Positions 61,258 to 64,000 of a stretch of DNA of 64,000 nt are shown piece by piece. Under the pieces are notes generated by a model. The model did not search any database and was not told the DNA's origin. It was given only the letters and a program-made list of their open reading frames with translations. Location of the stretch: positions 293,068-357,067 of the forward strand of contig BLSG01000080.1 of NCBI GenBank assembly GCA_012862495.1. The letters are read 5' to 3'. The stretch is from Thraustochytrium aureum. Its lineage: Eukaryota. Positions within the stretch are counted from its first letter, which is position 1, and every line of letters starts with the position of its first letter. The position numbers and the translations under genes are program-made.

Positions 61258-62954
61258 TGTGCGTGCTTTGTNNNNNNNNNNNNNNNNNNNNNNNNNNNNN
61301 NNNNNNNNNNNNNNNNNNNNNNNNNNNNNNNNNNNNNNNNNNNNNNNNNNNNNNNNNNNNNNNNNNNNNNNNNNNNNNNNNNNNNNNNNNNNNNNNNNNN
61401 NNNNNNNNNNNNNNNNNNNNNNNNNNNNNNNNNNNNNNNNNNNNNNNNNNNNNNNNNNNNNNNNNNNNNNNNNNNNNNNNNNNNNNNNNNNNNNNNNNNN
61501 NNNNNNNNNNNNNNNNNNNNNNNNNNNNNNNNNNNNNNNNNNNNNNNNNNNNNNNNNNNNNNNNNNNNNNNNNNNNNNNNNNNNNNNNNNNNNNNNNNNN
61601 NNNNNNNNNNNNNNNNNNNNNNNNNNNNNNNNNNNNNNNNNNNNNNNNNNNNNNNNNNNNNNNNNNNNNNNNNNNNNNNNNNNNNNNNNNNNNNNNNNNN
61701 NNNNNNNNNNNNNNNNNNNNNNNNNNNNNNNNNNNNNNNNNNNNNNNNNNNNNNNNNNNNNNNNNNNNNNNNNNNNNNNNNNNNNNNNNNNNNNNNNNNN
61801 NNNNNNNNNNNNNNNNNNNNNNNNNNNNNNNNNNNNNNNNNNNNNNNNNNNNNNNNNNNNNNNNNNNNNNNNNNNNNNNNNNNNNNNNNNNNNNNNNNNN
61901 NNNNNNNNNNNNNNNNNNNNNNNNNNNNNNNNNNNNNNNNNNNNNNNNNNNNNNNNNNNNNNNNNNNNNNNNNNNNNNNNNNNNNNNNNNNNNNNNNNNN
62001 NNNNNNNNNNNNNNNNNNNNNNNNNNNNNNNNNNNNNNNNNNNNNNNNNNNNNNNNNNNNNNNNNNNNNNNTGTCGTGAGCGCTGCGAGCGCGACGAAGA
62101 TGCGCGCCCAAATCATGATTCTGGTCACTTGCGCCTTGCTCTTTCGATTGGATTGGCCGTTTCCGTCGCAACGCGGCTTTGTTTGGGTTCTACCACCAAG
62201 TGCAACCAGGTTGAGGCTCCGCCGCGTCTGTAGAACAGGGGCCAACAGGGCAGAGGCTCTCTGCTTGGCTCGTCTTTGGGAGTGCAGCATGGTCCTGCAA
62301 TTTGCCAACGTGCCAGCAAAGTCTTGCGCTCGCCAGTCCAGGCGTGCCAGCAGAAACGGAGGGCCACCGTTAGGAGGTAACCGTGTGTGGCCTGCGCCGA
62401 GATTGCTGGCGAGAGCCTGGTTCGATGGACAGGCTCGGAAATGAAAATAGGTTTGGCAGGGAGTACTCGATGGAATGCGTGCTTGCAAGGAGGACCCGAC
62501 TTGGTGCTTGGCACGTCGAGGGCGCCCGGCTGCCGGGGTCGCCGGCCTCGCGCAGCGAGGGACTCTCGTCCGGTTCACTGCGCTATCTATGAAAGGCGAC
62601 CATCGCGGTGGTATGACCACACGCCACTGTTGGGAATCGCTAGTGACCCGCTATGACGCCCTCTAAAAGCAGGTCCACGTGCCTCGCATCATCGCCTGAC
62701 AAGATGGAGGCCGAAACCCCCAAAACGCAACCTCGGCCCGAGCGCCAGCGCTCAGAGAGCTAGGGCTGAAGAGGAGGTGCAAGTCGGTGCTGAACTGGTG
62801 CTTGGCGAAGCAGCGTTATCTTCTTTCACGATCCATTTCATTTTCTCATCACAATCAACCAGCCTCCAGGAGACGGCTGAGACCGCAGGTCACGGGGTAC
62901 CGACGGATCTTTGTGCAGTTGCCACTGACTCATCAGTCAAGTGCAACCAGCCAA

Positions 62955-63998
62955 TCACAGACGCGAGGCTTCAAGTGCGAGGCGGAGAGCGTCGGTCGAG
63001 TTGATGTCCTCGAGGAGGTCGAATGCGTTGTCCGTCTCACCATTGATCGTGACGCGCTCGTTGTTGAGCCACGAGTCCAGCAGGGCGCGCTTAACACCAG
63101 CAGCCAGCAACGCCTTGCCGAACGGGTTGGTCTCCACCTTTTCGCCCACCCAGACCATTCGCTCCCTGAGGCCTTCAATGGGCCCTGCGCTGGCGTGCAC
63201 GCCGTTCTGCCCCATGTTGGGCGCCTCGGACAGCCCAAGCGCCTCGTAGTCGGCGAGAATTTTGCCACGGAGAGACCCTGCAGGCGCCTTTGTCGGGTCG
63301 GTGGCGCCGATCACCTTGCCGCGGAAGTCTTTCCAGGAGAGCTTGGCCTCCGGGAACCGCACGGTCAAGAAGACGACCTTGGCGTCGGGCGCAGTGTATA
63401 CCTCGCGCATGACGCCGTAGAACGCGTTCATGATAAAGGTCTGCGCGTCCACGAGGAAACCGACATAAGTCCCTGGGGCGAGCTTGAAAGTGTCCGACTT
63501 GCGCCACTCGACCTCGATGTCGTCGAAGGACCGTCCGCTGGACTGTCGGTACTCGGCCAGGTTGACGATATCGCCGTTTGCGGCGAGCTCGTCCCAGGTG
63601 CCGCGGCCGAACCTTTCCGCGAAGGCGGCCTTCTTGTCTTCTGCCACTTCGAGCTCGCTCGCCTTGGTGCTCATTGCGATCTTGGCAATGTGCGAGTAGT
63701 GGCTATCGATGATCCCGCCCGCGTCGATCTCGGCGCCGCTCAGCTCGCCCTCGCTCAGCACTTCCACATGGTTCTCGGCGAGGTAGGCGGCTACGAGGTC
63801 CCTGACCTTGGCGTTCGCCGCGTGCGGCTTGATGAACACGAGCGCTTCGTTGAACTCCATCGCGTCTTCAGCCCGCGCCACGGGGTTTTTGGCCACCTCG
63901 ACCTCTGCCGCTGCCTTGCCGGCCTCCGTGCTCGCGGCCACGGCGTCTGTCGCCGGCACCACACCGTCTTCCGCGACAGGCGCAGACTTGCCCAAGCA
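62955..63998 (-). CDS. Atypical nucleoside diphosphate kinase-like protein (true start uncertain; frame open to the window edge)
   Basis: ALVFIKPHA, WKDFRGKVIGATDPTKAPAGSLRG, and NGVHASAGP with the catalytic His. Confidence 0.85.
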   Translation of the reverse strand, partial: CLGKSAPVAEDGVVPATDAVAASTEAGKAAAEVEVAKNPVARAEDAMEFNEALVFIKPHAANAKVRDLVAAYLAENHVEVLSEGELSGAEIDAGGIIDSHYSHIAKIAMSTKASELEVAEDKKAAFAERFGRGTWDELAANGDIVNLAEYRQSSGRSFDDIEVEWRKSDTFKLAPGTYVGFLVDAQTFIMNAFYGVMREVYTAPDAKVVFLTVRFPEAKLSWKDFRGKVIGATDPTKAPAGSLRGKILADYEALGLSEAPNMGQNGVHASAGPIEGLRERMVWVGEKVETNPFGKALLAAGVKRALLDSWLNNERVTINGETDNAFDLLEDINSTDALRLALEASRL

Positions 63999-64000
63999 GC

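Noticed and set aside
62072..62116. Signal-peptide-like start MIWARIFVALAALTT on the minus strand entering a gap (possible second secreted protein)
   Set aside because: Only 15 codons are visible.

Overview
GC-rich, gene-dense, nearly intron-free eukaryotic draft sequence with many N gaps and scattered single-base indels. Gene content suggests a stramenopile, possibly labyrinthulomycete-like (inference). About 25 protein-coding genes are supported: a SHOCT-PH-coiled-coil-Costars protein, a cytidine deaminase with a large N-terminal Rossmann/CARF-like region, MPP10, a stathmin-like helical protein, a ~13 kb DNA-PKcs, an RraA-like fragment, a PH-ubiquitin-like protein, a BBOF1-like coiled coil, a PILS-type carrier, ADF/cofilin (missed by the ORF track because of an intron), a 4TM-ARL6-like GTPase fusion, DNAJB12/14, MMACHC/CblC, an ABCB-type transporter, an SSS symporter, an aspartic protease-7TM fusion, a Cu P1B-ATPase, a bZIP-START-like factor, a FYVE-SYLF protein, a mucin-like type I membrane protein and an atypical NDK. 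No rRNA, tRNA, CRISPR array or transposon was recognised. The most intriguing observation is the candidate eukaryotic CARF-like-domain/cytidine deaminase fusion (5792-7734). It is recognised by eye only and needs profile or structure confirmation. All family calls come from motif recognition, not database searches.
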